Source: Vairimorpha necatrix
Lineage: Eukaryota
DNA length: 64,000 nt
Reading direction: 5' to 3'
NCBI GenBank assembly: GCA_036630325.1
Contig: CP142733.1
Coordinates: 682,001 to 746,000, forward strand
A program made the position numbers and the translations under genes. Positions 50,727-62,661 of the stretch are shown in pieces. How positions within the stretch are numbered: the first letter of the stretch is position 1; each line of letters opens with the position of its first letter. Under the pieces are notes generated by a model. It did no database searches. It had not been told where the DNA came from and saw only the letters and a list, made by a program, of their open reading frames with translations.

Positions 50727-51875
50727 TTATTTGAATAGTTGATATAAGATGAAAAAAATGAAAACTACTATCAAAACTAGCACCAATATGTTAATTAGCC
50801 CAAATTTGTCTTCTGGGGTTTCAGGTTTACTTGAGGTGGGATTTGATTTAGGATCAGCTTTGTCTGGATCGGATCCGTTAGAATCGTCTGAGTTTCTTCT
50901 TTGGGTCGGCGTTTTTTTTAGATAAAGACTATCATCAGTTACCTTTTTTTGAAAAGGGTCATGGGTATTATCATCTCTATTTTCTGTCGAATGTATCGGT
51001 TTGGTTTCATTTGTAGCACCTGATTCTGGATTAAGAGAAGGACGTTTTCTTTCTGTTTCTTTGCTTTTCGACTCGTTCGCAACACCTGTTTCTGGATTCA
51101 AAGAAGGTTGTTTTGTTTCTGCTGTTTTGTTTTTTAGTTCGTTCGCAACACCTGTTTCTAGATTCAGGGAAAATTGTTTTTCTTCATGTTTTTTTGTTTT
51201 TGCTTCAGGTGTATCTTCTAATGTAGGTTTTTTTATTTGATTATCTGAATCACTTTTCGTCGGCTTAAAATTTAACGTTATATTATCTTCTCTGGCAATA
51301 AAATTCTCGGGGGTAAATAGTCCCTTTTGATATAATGAAGGAATGTCTTTAATGGGATCCTTCATGTGATAAATTTCCCCATTCATCCATGTTAAGATTT
51401 GTAACCTTTTATCATTATCGAGAACATTTTTTTTGCTTGTGGTAAAAACAAATCTAACTTGATCGCGCTTAACAAACAATGCATCAATATAATATGTCTT
51501 TTTTTCGTCTCGCAAAAATGACGCTTTTAATATATATCTATTAGTGCAAAATATCTTTGCCATTTCCAATTCTTCGTCATCATTCAATTGACATGATTCT
51601 AATGATTTTATAATTTCATCGCTGTTTTCTTTTGTAATAGGTTTAAAATAAACTGGAGCATTTTTTGTTTCGGTTGTTAATCGTTTATAGTAGTTCTTAA
51701 TTTGATTACCAGTGCAGTCTGTATCATTTAATTCACTAATCAATATTGATGAAGATATAACTTTATCTAAATTATTTAATGATACATAGACATCTGTATT
51801 ATTGTCGTTGTTTCTAACAATCAAAATATAATCAGAACAAAATATTGTTAACAAATTAAATACTAAAAAAATCAT
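50727..51875 (-). CDS. Family A protein, long form with disordered stalk and C-terminal TM
   Basis: TCCCC-ATG; CSDYILIV, DVYVSL, ISEL, YFKPIT, KKTYYID; 3 SLNxExGxxNE repeats; TM LINILVLVLIVVFIFFILY. Confidence 0.9.
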   Translation of the reverse strand: MIFLVFNLLTIFCSDYILIVRNNDNNTDVYVSLNNLDKVISSSILISELNDTDCTGNQIKNYYKRLTTETKNAPVYFKPITKENSDEIIKSLESCQLNDDEELEMAKIFCTNRYILKASFLRDEKKTYYIDALFVKRDQVRFVFTTSKKNVLDNDKRLQILTWMNGEIYHMKDPIKDIPSLYQKGLFTPENFIAREDNITLNFKPTKSDSDNQIKKPTLEDTPEAKTKKHEEKQFSLNLETGVANELKNKTAETKQPSLNPETGVANESKSKETERKRPSLNPESGATNETKPIHSTENRDDNTHDPFQKKVTDDSLYLKKTPTQRRNSDDSNGSDPDKADPKSNPTSSKPETPEDKFGLINILVLVLIVVFIFFILYQLFK

Positions 51876-53547
51876 GGGGACATACTAATTTTTTTTTTAA
51901 ATAAAAAATTAACCAATTGAAAATTGCAAAAAAAAAAAGACATTAATAATTAGAACTAAACTTTTTTAATAAAAATTTAGCACTTATTTTTAGATACGTG
52001 TCTATGTCAAATTGTTCGAATTGACATGTGTCAAAAATTGATAAGGAGAGTTTATCACATGAAGCCAATAAAAAATCAAATTCATATATTTGTTTTTAGA
52101 TATAAACACAACAAAATTGATCCAAAAGTCTCAGTTTATACATGGCTTTTTTTATCAAGAAATTAAGTACTAATTCTGATTTATTGTCGTAAAATTATAT
52201 TAATGGTTTGTTTACAAATTACATATAAAGAATGAGAGATTTAATCTTTTCAAATTTTATACTTTAGTACTCTTTCCAATATTTATTTAAAATTTTTATT
52301 TTTCAACACTATTTTCGAAAGTCGAAGTGTCTAGAACAGGTAGAAGAAATGAAAATTTTTATAATGAAAAAACAGTCTCATTAAGATTTAGTTTGAGAAT
52401 ATAAATATAAAAACAAATTAACGTATTTATATAAACTTAAAATTTGGAAAATATGTGTTTCTTGGATGTTTAAATTTGTAAAGATATATTTAGTTTTTTT
52501 TACTGCGACAATATGATTAATTTTTTTTGTTATTGTGATAATATCACATTTTTTTATTATTGTACATATCTTGATTTTTTTATACAGTGAAAACAGTTTT
52601 GAGGCTGAAAAATTACTATTTTTGTAGCATATACATAATTTTATCCTTTTTAGTAATGCATTGTTGGTGAATACGAATTAAGACGAAAAAATAAATGTTT
52701 GTGCTCTTATAAACACTATTTTATCTACAACACAATTTTAAAATAAGGTCACCATTCTATCTCATAGTAGTAAAATCATTTACTTTATATAATTTTTATT
52801 TTTCACTCAATTTCATATATACATTGTAGTTTATATATAAAATTATTATATGGAGATTGACAAACATTATCTGTATTATTCAAAAAAAATTATAAAGAAG
52901 TTGTGTCCTGCTCATTTTATTTAAAAAGTAAATAAATTAAAAATAAAAGAAAAAATAATTGTTTTTTTAGTTATTATGCACTTTTAATTGACTCTTCTAT
53001 ATATGGGGGTTGCTCCTACTCGTTTTTTCTTCTTCGTCAAACAAAAAATATGGCTTAAAATAAAAAAAATTGTTCTTTATATGAAAGTGGACTAGTATCA
53101 TAATATTCTGCTTCGTTTGTAAAATGCTTTAAACTTAATAATTGTATTATATAAAAACAATGATCAAATAGTAAATACAAAACACAAAATTAAAAACCAT
53201 TAAACATCTCCTTTATAAAAAAAAGTCAGTATTTAATTTCCGTTAATTAAAAAATACATGAAAAATCAAGATATCATTATACATAAAAAATCCCAAAATT
53301 TATGCAATTTTAAATATCGGCTAATTTTTTTATTTATTAATATCTTATTTTTTTGTATTTAAAACGAAAATTTATTTAATCAAATTATATTATTAAAACT
53401 GAATAAGAACTTTAGCATTATGTTCAGTAGTCATAAAAACTGTTCTTTCCAATATAGGTACTTGTGATGTCAATTCACATAGACACCCTTTTTATTCTTC
53501 AACACTTATAAACTCCTTTATGATTTTAAAGGAATCCCACTATGTAC

Positions 53548-53726
53548 TGTTACAGACTGTATTTTACAACATGTCAATTTTCTAGGATTTTTTTTTGTAA
53601 AAGGAGAAAATAAGTAAAACAGAAATAACACGACCTAAAGTAGCCAATGAGAACTTAAATAGATTTTTTATTTGAAAACATTATAGATTGTTATTACTCA
53701 CCGGGAATGTTACTCTGGGAATCACA
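53548..53726 (+). mobile_element. Solo LTR related to LTR-2
   Basis: Starts TGTTACAGACTGTATTTTACAACATGTCAATTT (LTR-2: TGTTGTAGACTGTATTTCTACAACATGTCAATTT); ends CACCGGGA...GGGAATCACA; no TSD seen. Confidence 0.7.
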
Positions 53727-54330
53727 ATAATATGTATTATTCATTCTATAACGAAATTGGCTAAATACTTTAGGTCCTAATTTTTGAATTAGGGTTTTTT
53801 ATTTTTTTTTACCCCTTTTTAAAAAAATGGAGGAAAGAAAATGTTGAGTAAAAAAAAATTATTAAATATATTAAATTTTTATTAGTACAGCAAAATATCG
53901 ATTTTTATATTTATAAACATCATATACTACGTAATTGTTCCGCTTTATATTTTTTTATGATTATAGTTAGCGCTAGTTTAGCTTTTTCTACCGTTTAGTA
54001 AAATATATTATTCGATTGAAGAAGAGAATAGACATAAAGCTTTGTAACCCAATAATTAAACTACTTTAACAAACATTATTTAAGCGATAACTCAGTAAAA
54101 ATTTCATTTTCTTAGTACTGCTTATAAGAACATAGACCTCTTGAAAACGTGTAATTATTGTCACAGTCCGGAGCGGACGCAAGGGGTAAAAAATCAAAAA
54201 AAAATCTCTCAATGAGGGGCGAACCAGAAAATAAGAATAAATAAATGTTCGATTTTAATGACTGCCCAAATTTTTTCTCGATTTTTTGAGGGGTATATTT
54301 TTGTTTTATTTTTATAATAATGGGAGGGAA

Positions 54331-55344
54331 GGCTAAAGTTAGCTTTAGCTAACAAAAATGCATATAGGGTTTTTTTTCTTTTTTTTGCCCCTTTTTTTAA
54401 AAAATGGAGGAGACAATTATGACTAGAGCAGAAATGGAAACAGTCTATAATATTTTATTTGACAAAAAAAGAAACAGTTATCCAAAGTGTGTAACGGTAG
54501 AATGAGGTTGCTTAGTAAACAGGTCACTATCTTAAAATGTACTTGGAAGAACTGTAAGAAGACATTTCAATGTGGAAAGGCACATTCTTTGAACTTTAGA
54601 CTCGATCATATCACAATTTTGCAGATACTTAATTTGTGGCTTCTAGGATATCCTCGTTAGTATATTAGCCAAATTTTATGTTGTTCAAAACCTTCAAAAT
54701 CGTTTAATTTAAAAAAGCTAAAGCAAATAGACATTTATGATAAATATTTATCATCTTTGGACAAGATGGGCGGGGAAAATATTATATTAGAAATAGATGA
54801 AACTAAAATTGGAAAAATAAGTATAATAGAAGTAAACTAGTGAAAGGGTTTTGGTGTTTTGGAATGATAGAGCGTTTTTTAAAACGAACTATAATAATTA
54901 CGTATATTAAAAAAAGAGATAAAAAAGCACTTACTGACCTTTTATTTAAATATGTGAGCACGGAAAGTACTATATACAGCGATATGTGGAAGGCTTACCG
55001 TTCCTTGGGTAATGATTTCGAGCAACATCACATGGTCAACCACTCATTACACTTTCGAGATCCTAATACTGGGGTTCATACCAATACCATAGAAGGTAAT
55101 TGAGATCACTCAAAAATTCTATACCTAACCGAAATAGGTCTGCAAATAGTGCCAAATTTTATTTATTAGGTATACTTCGAAGAAATGCATCTAATTCTGT
55201 TTTTGATGCATTTTAAATTTATTGTTCTGATTTTTGTTTTTGTTCCTTCCTCATCGTTTTCTCTCCTCCATTTTTTAAAAAAAGGGGCAAAAAAAAGAAA
55301 AAAAACCCTATATGCATTTTTGTTAGCTAAAGCTAACTTTAGCC
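54331..55344 (+). mobile_element. Decayed Merlin transposon (inner)
   Basis: Near-perfect TIRs of about 80 bp GGCTAAAGTTAGCTTTAGCTAAC; EIDETKIG, IYSDMWKAY, VNHS, GVHTNTIEGN; no matching TSD. Confidence 0.88.
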
Positions 55345-55700
55345 ATTTCTTCTATAATATTTCCATTATCATCTTCTCTGCATAATTATACTTTATAAAA
55401 TTGTATTATGTCTGTTACAACATAGACTTCTGCATCTAAATGTTCATAAAGAGAATGGCTTCTGGTATTGATGTTGCTGTCAAAATAAGGTCTTATAGGA
55501 CTCTATCTCCTATTTTATGCTCAAAAAATCATATTTCTCATTATTAGTTTTTATTTAATACACAAAAAAAAGAAGAACATTATATAAAACATAATTATAA
55601 ATCCCATTCTCGCAACGGTACGTATAAACTAGTTGAACCACAAAATTACAAATAAATAACAACGATTTTTTTTGTAATATTTTTTTTACTCTTTTCAAGA

Positions 55701-55885
55701 AAGCATTTTCTCCTGCGTCCGCTCCGGACGGATATTTTTACCCTTCTTAAGTAAGCATTTTCCCCTGCGTCCGCTTCGGACGGATATTTTTTTACCCTTC
55801 TTAAGTAAGCATTTTCTCCTGCGTCCGCTTCGGATGGATATTTTTTACCCTTTTTAAGTAAGCATTTTTCACTGCGTCCGCTCCT
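55701..55885 (+). repeat. About 52-bp tandem repeat, about 3.5 copies, subterminal
   Basis: AAGCATTTTCTCCTGCGTCCGCT(C/T)CGGACGGATATTTTTACCCTTCTTAAGT. Confidence 0.9.
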
Positions 55886-56393
55886 AACGGTGACGATTAT
55901 TAATTACAAATTATATATTGTACACTTTTGTTTTGTTCTAGTCTAAAAAATTATTTAGAGCAGATTTCTAATTCTTCTCTGGTTCGAATTCTTTCCTCTA
56001 TTTTTTTAAAAAGGGGCAAAAAAAATAAAAAATCCTAGTTCAAAAATTAGGACCTAAAGTTCTCTTTAGCCCGAAATTTTGTTTTTCTAATTGACGTAGC
56101 CCAGAGGAGCTACCTCTGTGTGGTATCCCGGGGAAGTCCTCCCGGTGATAAAGTACCACTCTAAAATAGAATTAATATATTTACTTTTATTTTTAAATGT
56201 CCCTTTGGACTCTCTAATAGCTCTCTTGTGGCTATCCTCAAACACTCCTTGTGTTCGTCTCTCGTTCATCTTTTCGTACCCTTCTTTTTATGAAAATTAT
56301 TTATAACAAATAATTTTCTAGAAAATTCATTTTTACTAAAAATGAGAAAATTGACATGTTGTAGAAATACAGTCTACAACATCCTGCCCCCTC

Positions 56394-57350
56394 TCAAAGT
56401 TTTAGTTGTTTTCTATGAAACCATCCTGCTAGTCCATATACCTTATACCATAATCCATTTTTCCCTTTTTCGCATACTTTGTATGGACCTATAAATTTTT
56501 TATTAAGTTTGTTTGTCGAGATGTTCCTCGCATAGACTAGAACTTCGACCTTATTTTTCTGCTTACACATTTTTATCTTGGTCTTTTTCTTTCTTGGCCG
56601 ATCTGATGCATTAAAAATTACCTTACTTTTATAAGGATCATAAAATCTTATTTTTGAAATCTTATCTCGATATTTTACTACAGGGTTAACCTGATCTTTT
56701 GTTTTATCTTTAATAATTTTACCAGTTTTACATTCTGTTACTACTTTCTTATTTTTATTCTTTTTAACCCAATTTTGTTTTCCAAATACTGTATTTCTTT
56801 CTTTCTTATGTTTATTCCTACCCAATTTCACATTACTATCTTTCGTTTTGGCTGTATAATTATTTACTTTATTATGATCTTCATTTTCAATTTTTTCATC
56901 TTCCACTACGCATAGTCTTTCAATCATTATTTCGTCCAATGTTTTTTCCGCTACCTCTTCATACCCAATGATTTTGACAATCTTCTCGTTCACAATAACT
57001 ACCTTATTTTTATAATCTAAAATGCAATTGTTGTTAAACAAGAAATCGCTGCCTAGAATCACATCATACATGCATCTATCAAAGACGTATGGTTCAATAG
57101 AGTAACTCTTGCTTACTCCTTCAAATTTAAAGTCTAATTCTGTTGACATATTAGTGGAAATAACTTCTCCATTGGCTATAACCGTTCTTATAGATTTGTT
57201 TTCTCTAAGCTTTAAATTTAATCTTTTAGCTAATCCTTCAGATATAAAGCTTCTGCTTGCTCCGCTGTCTAACAAAATGTTCACGTTACTTTCCTTAAAA
57301 TCCTCTAACAACCATTTCTCTAATGTTGTCTTTTTCTTCTTCCATGACAT
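56394..57350 (-). CDS. Truncated pol: aspartic protease + Lys-rich linker + integrase C-terminal GPY motif
   Basis: LLDSGASRSFI, DVILGSDFL, KLNKKFIGPYKV; no RT, RNase H or DDE core. Confidence 0.88.
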   Translation of the reverse strand: MSWKKKKTTLEKWLLEDFKESNVNILLDSGASRSFISEGLAKRLNLKLRENKSIRTVIANGEVISTNMSTELDFKFEGVSKSYSIEPYVFDRCMYDVILGSDFLFNNNCILDYKNKVVIVNEKIVKIIGYEEVAEKTLDEIMIERLCVVEDEKIENEDHNKVNNYTAKTKDSNVKLGRNKHKKERNTVFGKQNWVKKNKNKKVVTECKTGKIIKDKTKDQVNPVVKYRDKISKIRFYDPYKSKVIFNASDRPRKKKTKIKMCKQKNKVEVLVYARNISTNKLNKKFIGPYKVCEKGKNGLWYKVYGLAGWFHRKQLKL

Positions 57351-58320
57351 TCATTTCATTTCTTCTTGGTAAATCCCTATAGTTTTGATTTCCTTTTTCT
57401 TTATTCATGAAGCAATCAACAGAATTATGTCCGTTGTGCTTGTGGTATTTGCACCACTTCTTTTGTGTTGAAAAGTAATTATTTTTATGTGTTCGTTCAA
57501 ATGTTTCGAACTTTTTTGAATCATTTCTTGGATTATTTAAATTAAGTATTTCTTCTTCCATCGTTAACAATTTCTTCATATATTCCTCAAGGTTGTGAAC
57601 ATTGATATTATCAATTAATTTTCCTCTAGTGTTGTCACCTAGCCCATTCTTAAAGTACTCCCATAATTTTCTGTTATACTCGTCCTTGTTTATCTTATAT
57701 GCAAGACTATAATATTTAACGTACTTATTAATGTACTCATAGTATTCCTTGATGGTTACAAAATCGATTTGTTTTGCATTAGTAAGTTTCTTAATCCATC
57801 CCTCAGCTTTCTTCACGCTGTATACATAACTGAAAATTCTTTCTTGTATTTTATTTAAATCTCCTTTAAATATTTTGTCGTCTAAGGACTTATCAGAAAT
57901 CAAGTCTCTTAGTATGAGCTCATATTGCTCTGGATTCCATTTGTTTCTCGTGGTAATCTTCTCAAATGTTTTGAACCACTCATACATATCAAATTTTTGA
58001 ATATCTTCTATAATATTCAGTTCTTCTTCAATTTTAAATTCCGTTCCTGGAATAGTGTAACTTAATTTAATTTTCTTCTGGTTTACTTCACCATAATTAG
58101 TTTTATTATCATTCATTAATACTTTTATACTCGAACTTGGTACTCCTACACTCGCTCTTGAATTCAAGTTGTGGTATCCCGGGGAAGTCCTCCCGGTGAT
58201 AAAGTACCACTCTAAAATAGAATTAATATATTTACTTTTATTTTTAAATGTCCCTTTGGACTCTCTAATAGCTCTCTTGTGGCTATCCTCAAACACTCCT
58301 TGTGTTCGTCTCTCGTTCAT
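57295..58320 (-). CDS. gag: Gag of LTR-2
   Basis: EWFKTFE..W; FKNGL; zinc knuckle WCKYHKHNGHNSVDC; start at 58320 (in LTR) or 58116. Confidence 0.88.
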   Translation of the reverse strand: MNERRTQGVFEDSHKRAIRESKGTFKNKSKYINSILEWYFITGRTSPGYHNLNSRASVGVPSSSIKVLMNDNKTNYGEVNQKKIKLSYTIPGTEFKIEEELNIIEDIQKFDMYEWFKTFEKITTRNKWNPEQYELILRDLISDKSLDDKIFKGDLNKIQERIFSYVYSVKKAEGWIKKLTNAKQIDFVTIKEYYEYINKYVKYYSLAYKINKDEYNRKLWEYFKNGLGDNTRGKLIDNINVHNLEEYMKKLLTMEEEILNLNNPRNDSKKFETFERTHKNNYFSTQKKWCKYHKHNGHNSVDCFMNKEKGNQNYRDLPRRNEMNVMEEEKDNIREMVVRGF

Positions 58321-58721
58321 CTTTTCGTACCCTTCTTTTTATGAAAATTATTTATAACAAATAATTTTCTAGAAAATTCATTTTTACTAAAAATGAGAAA
58401 ATTGACATGTTGTAGAAATACAGTCTACAACACTCTGGATAAGTATAATTCAATGTAGTTAATGATTTTATTAATATTAGATGACCCTCGTTGGGCATCT
58501 GTGATGGGATACTGATCCCTGGCTTGGTAGCCCTTCCTTGGTCTATTTTTCCAAGGGTACTGATCGCTTGTGAATTTCATAATCTGGTGTGGGGGTCAGG
58601 GCAAAAAAGAAATAAATATTCGATTTTTGGAATAGACCGGTCGAATGGTCTATTTTCCAAAAAGGGAAAATTGATAAAATAGAAATAAATAATTTGTGGT
58701 ATTTATAATACCACACTAATG

Positions 58722-60600
58722 ATTTTTTTTTCTTTGACAGTGAGAGTAAAGAACCCTCACATAGGACCACTAGGATTGGGAGTGATCTTTATCCAATTGA
58801 TACAATGAGATCTACACATACCTAAAGTCTTAAAATAGCTTTTCCACCAAAAATTTTCGATTTATCAATTGGTCTGCGGCTCTTAAGAATACAATTCCAT
58901 TTAAAAATTATATTGCTTACAGAGGGCCTCACATCGGATATACTTAATGGTTAAGACTTTTATACAACGAGGAAAACATCGGTACATGACCGTTTGGAAT
59001 CCGCATTGAAATTTAAAAAAGGGAAAAATAAAAAAAAATTGTAAAAAAAGAGACTTAGCAATTTATTTTAGATTATATAAGAAGATGATTTATAGGTCGG
59101 TTTTTTCGATATTTATAAGACCAGAGAACAATAAAAGATACTCATAGTGTATGTCTTGATTTGTTTCATGTCTAGACTGCATATTTCTTGGGAACCCCCA
59201 AAATCTCTAATTTGTATGGTATTGTGTCTCGGGATCGATAAAATTTACAAATTGACGACAAATTCAAAGTCCTGTGATCCATACCAAGATTTGTCTAATG
59301 CGGCATCATATGCTACCATTGATAATGATCACAATCGAACTAGTGATACATATTGTATCGCCAAAAGTAGAATAGACACATTTTTACTAGGCACAGGACA
59401 AGTAAGGCAAACGCTAGTTCTGTATCATACAATTTTTTATAAATGAATTTATTTATGTCCATATTTAAAAACACTCTCTTTTTAACAAATTTTGTTTTTA
59501 CCAATTTTGCCATTTTTTTATAGAAGTCCTTTCAAATTTTCAATGCGAGTTTATTCTCCCAAAGCAGTTTATTTTTCCAAAACAGGCTCCAAACGGCCAT
59601 GTACTAAAATATCATTGCACTATATAAAAGGCAACTACAATAATCTTCATCTTCACAAGGTTTACTACACCGCCATATTAGCAGCCAGCACTTTATTCGA
59701 CAGAATTGATATGTAACCCCACGATCACCGACCGCGTATTCAGATTCTATTAAAATACGGCTTAAAAAAACTCTTTCTATAATTCCTTTTTAGGTTATTA
59801 TTTGGTTGGCTGCTCTCAAAGGTGCGTCGACCAAAAAATTTTACCTCCCGTATACAGCTCATACTTTACGTACAGATAACTCCCCAGAGATGATTTTTTT
59901 GTATCATTATACAAGATTTTACTAGATGCTTAACCCCCGTATCACCAGATTCACACAAAAAAATATTTAACGATCTAATTTTGTTCAGAATCATTTTTCG
60001 TCCGAGTTTTTTCAATTGCATCATTTTTTTTTCGGATATCCTAAAATTAAACCCAAGCGTTTCACAAAAGACGATCTCTTGTTGCACTTCTAGGGTGTCT
60101 TCTCTCTTAATCCATAAGTTATTCACGTTCTTGTATGAGCCAAACAGCGAAATTATGTCTAGTTTTAAAGTCCCCTAAGGTCTAAAACTATATAGGTTCA
60201 ATCATACATCATTTTTAAAGTATTATCATTTGGCTTTGAATTTTTCAGTTATTGCACTCTTTTAGATCATTAAAAAAAAACAATGAACTGAACGAATTTG
60301 GTGGAAATACTTTATGAAAATATTCTATAACACATTGACCGAAACTTCTAGATGATAAGTGGCCACCGCAGTCAACAAAACAAGGTTGCTATGCCAAAGA
60401 CTAATGAGAGTGCGAATGTTTATTTAAGCGTTTCCTTCAATATTAATATATTGATGTCTCTATCGGGGTCCAGCCCTTGCCCGTCAATTATATCTATTGT
60501 GAATCTGTCTGTACACGCATCGAGATAAATAATAGTCTACATAACAGAATTAGAATGACAAACATATGACGAGGTTTTAATCCAAAAGCGTAATTAATGA
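58722..60600 (-). mobile_element. Heavily decayed APE-type LINE
   Basis: Ordered remnants on minus: DINILILKET (~60430-60460), LGDFKTRH (~60155-60178), IIERVFLSRI (~59750-59785), LLY..NDILV (~59600-59630), FKY (~59460-59470), A9 tail at 58723. Confidence 0.55.
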
Positions 60601-61693
60601 AGTTTTAAGAGTTCTCTTTTTATAGTATCAGTTAAATAGGGTTTAACCCCTAGATCCTATAAAAATATATGTAAAGGGGTTCTTACCTTATTTTTGCAAA
60701 AAGAAAAAGAACGACAAAAAATAATCATTTAAAAATACGCACCTATTGTATAGCGTCGTAAAAAATTATAATAGAAGACAAGTAAATATTGTAGAGGAAA
60801 ATTCCGAGTACAATTTAATTCCACATCAAAGAACAGGTAGGCGGATGTAATATTTCAAAAAGATTTTTGCAGAAGATTAAATCTCAAATCAAAATGATAA
60901 TATTTTATAAATTTTCTAGGGTACTATAAATATTGGAAAAAATCTTGGGTTACACAAAAAAATTATCAAATGGTCATTTATAATGTAGAACATTCATTTT
61001 TTTTATTAAACAAATTCTTGTTCTGTTTTTATAGAAATATGTCTTATATTCAATTCCTCAAATTCATTTATCACAAATACCTAAAACAGTTATTTTAAAA
61101 TTTAATATCGGGGAGGGGGGAAACTATATTGCCTAAAATCTTTTTTTACATTCAGTTATGTTTTTTTTCATTAAATGTTATTTACAATAAAACTAATTAT
61201 TCTCCCATATAATATACGCAAATGTTTTTTACTTTATAGAGGTGATATTATAACTTAAAAAACTTTATATAATTTTTTTTCTTTAAATTATTTATATAGC
61301 GACTCTGTTATTTGTAGATTTAAATAAATAAATAAACGATAATTATAATGAAATTAAATTTTTTTTATACTACTTTGATTTTGGAGAGTAAATATATTAG
61401 AAAACACTTTTACGACATAGTTTAAATATATAAAGTGAATATATTTAGACAAAAAAATATTGTTTTATAAACTTATTAAATAAATTATATTTACATGCAG
61501 CTAATATTTATTGTTACTCTCTAAAAATGACTTGAGATTGTTATAACAATTAACGATAAAAGTTGAAAGAATTTATCTTCTAAATAGGTATTATAATACG
61601 ATATAAAATCATCTGTGTGCGTATTTATTTCTATGTCAATCATTAGTTATTTTCCATGCGCACAATTATATAAATAAAAACTCTTACGGATTA

Positions 61694-62661
61694 TTAAAAT
61701 CTCCAACTAATTCTCCATTTGAATATTGATGATTTTTGTTTATTTCCATTTTTAATTTCGTTGCAGCTAGAAGAATTCGCTTTTTCAAAAATGTTTTCTT
61801 TTGATAAAAAATTGTTTTTTAACATTTTATTTTTTACAGAATTATTATAATGCTCTGTAGAATTGTTTCGTCTTGGGAATTCGCCTCTTATTTGATATTC
61901 TAAGTTTGTATCAAATTTTTCAAATACAAATTCATCACTTACCTCTATTTTTCTTGAATCAATATTATAATTATTTGCAATTTTTTTTTCATGTTTTGTT
62001 TGTGAAACATCTTCTGCTTCAAATGTATTGATATCATTTTTCAATACAAAACTTTCATTATGGTTTGACCTATTTAAATATTTTTTTATAGTTTTAGGCC
62101 CAGAAAATTTTAATAAATTGTTTAGATAATATGCGGGAATAAATGGATTTGTTTGCTCTCCAAAGTATTTATAAGAATTTCGAAATTCTAGATTATATAA
62201 ATTTATGCTATCATTAAAAACAATCGGTTCACTTGTCACGTATGTGTTGACAGTTGTTAAATCCTTCGATAGCATTAGATCTATAAAAATTTTTTTTTTC
62301 TCCCATATAAAATTTTTGAGACTACTACATATTCACTCTTTAAAAATTTATTAATCTTATCTTTATCATTAGGATTCAAAATTTTATAACAATTTAAAAG
62401 ATGTTCCAAGGTAATTTTTTCTTCAGGTGTTATCGGTTCGAAATAGTATGGGGCAGTATTTTTACCTAGTTCCGATCTCTGATTATAAGTTTTTATAGAT
62501 TCTTTATCACAATCTATATCAACTAACTCTGTGATTAGATAGGTCCCGGGCAAAATATTATGTTTTAAAGTCATGAATACATCCGCATTGTCACTATTTG
62601 GAACTACAAACAAATACGTTACACAAAGCATTGAAATATTACTAAAAAGAAAAAACATCAT
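61694..62661 (-). pseudogene. Family A long form with a single frameshift near 62285-62325
   Basis: GCCCC-ATG at 62661; YLITEL, IKTYNQR, PYYFEPIT; continues in the second frame (KKKIFID-LMLSK). Confidence 0.75.

Larger units (their letters stand above)
54159..55895. mobile_element. Non-autonomous TIR element with TGTCAC terminus (Ginger-like?)
   Basis: TGTCACAGTCCGGAGCGGACGCA vs TGCGTCCGCTCCTAACGGTGACG; ATTAT on both flanks. Confidence 0.6.
53759..56071. mobile_element. Outer Merlin-like non-autonomous element hosting nested insertions
   Basis: TIRs of about 80 bp GGCTAAA..CTTTAGGTCCTAATTTTTGAA; CGAAATT on both flanks. Confidence 0.75.
56119..58432 (-). mobile_element. Non-autonomous Ty3/gypsy-like LTR element, gag + protease (LTR-2)
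   Basis: 263-bp LTRs 56119-56381 and 58170-58432, no difference seen by eye; TSD CTCTG; PPT GAGAGGGGGCAGGA. Confidence 0.95.
56092..58715 (-). mobile_element. Solo LTR (305 bp when rejoined: 56092-56118 + 58438-58715), split by LTR-2
   Basis: TG...CA termini; TSD CTAAT (56087-56091, 58716-58720); 5' hairpin TGTGGTAT-TATAA-ATACCACA; 3' hairpin CCAGAGG/CCTCTGG restored on removing LTR-2. Confidence 0.75.

Noticed and set aside
55701-55885. CRISPR-like 52-bp repeats
   Set aside because: Head-to-tail units without spacers; contain the element's TIR core
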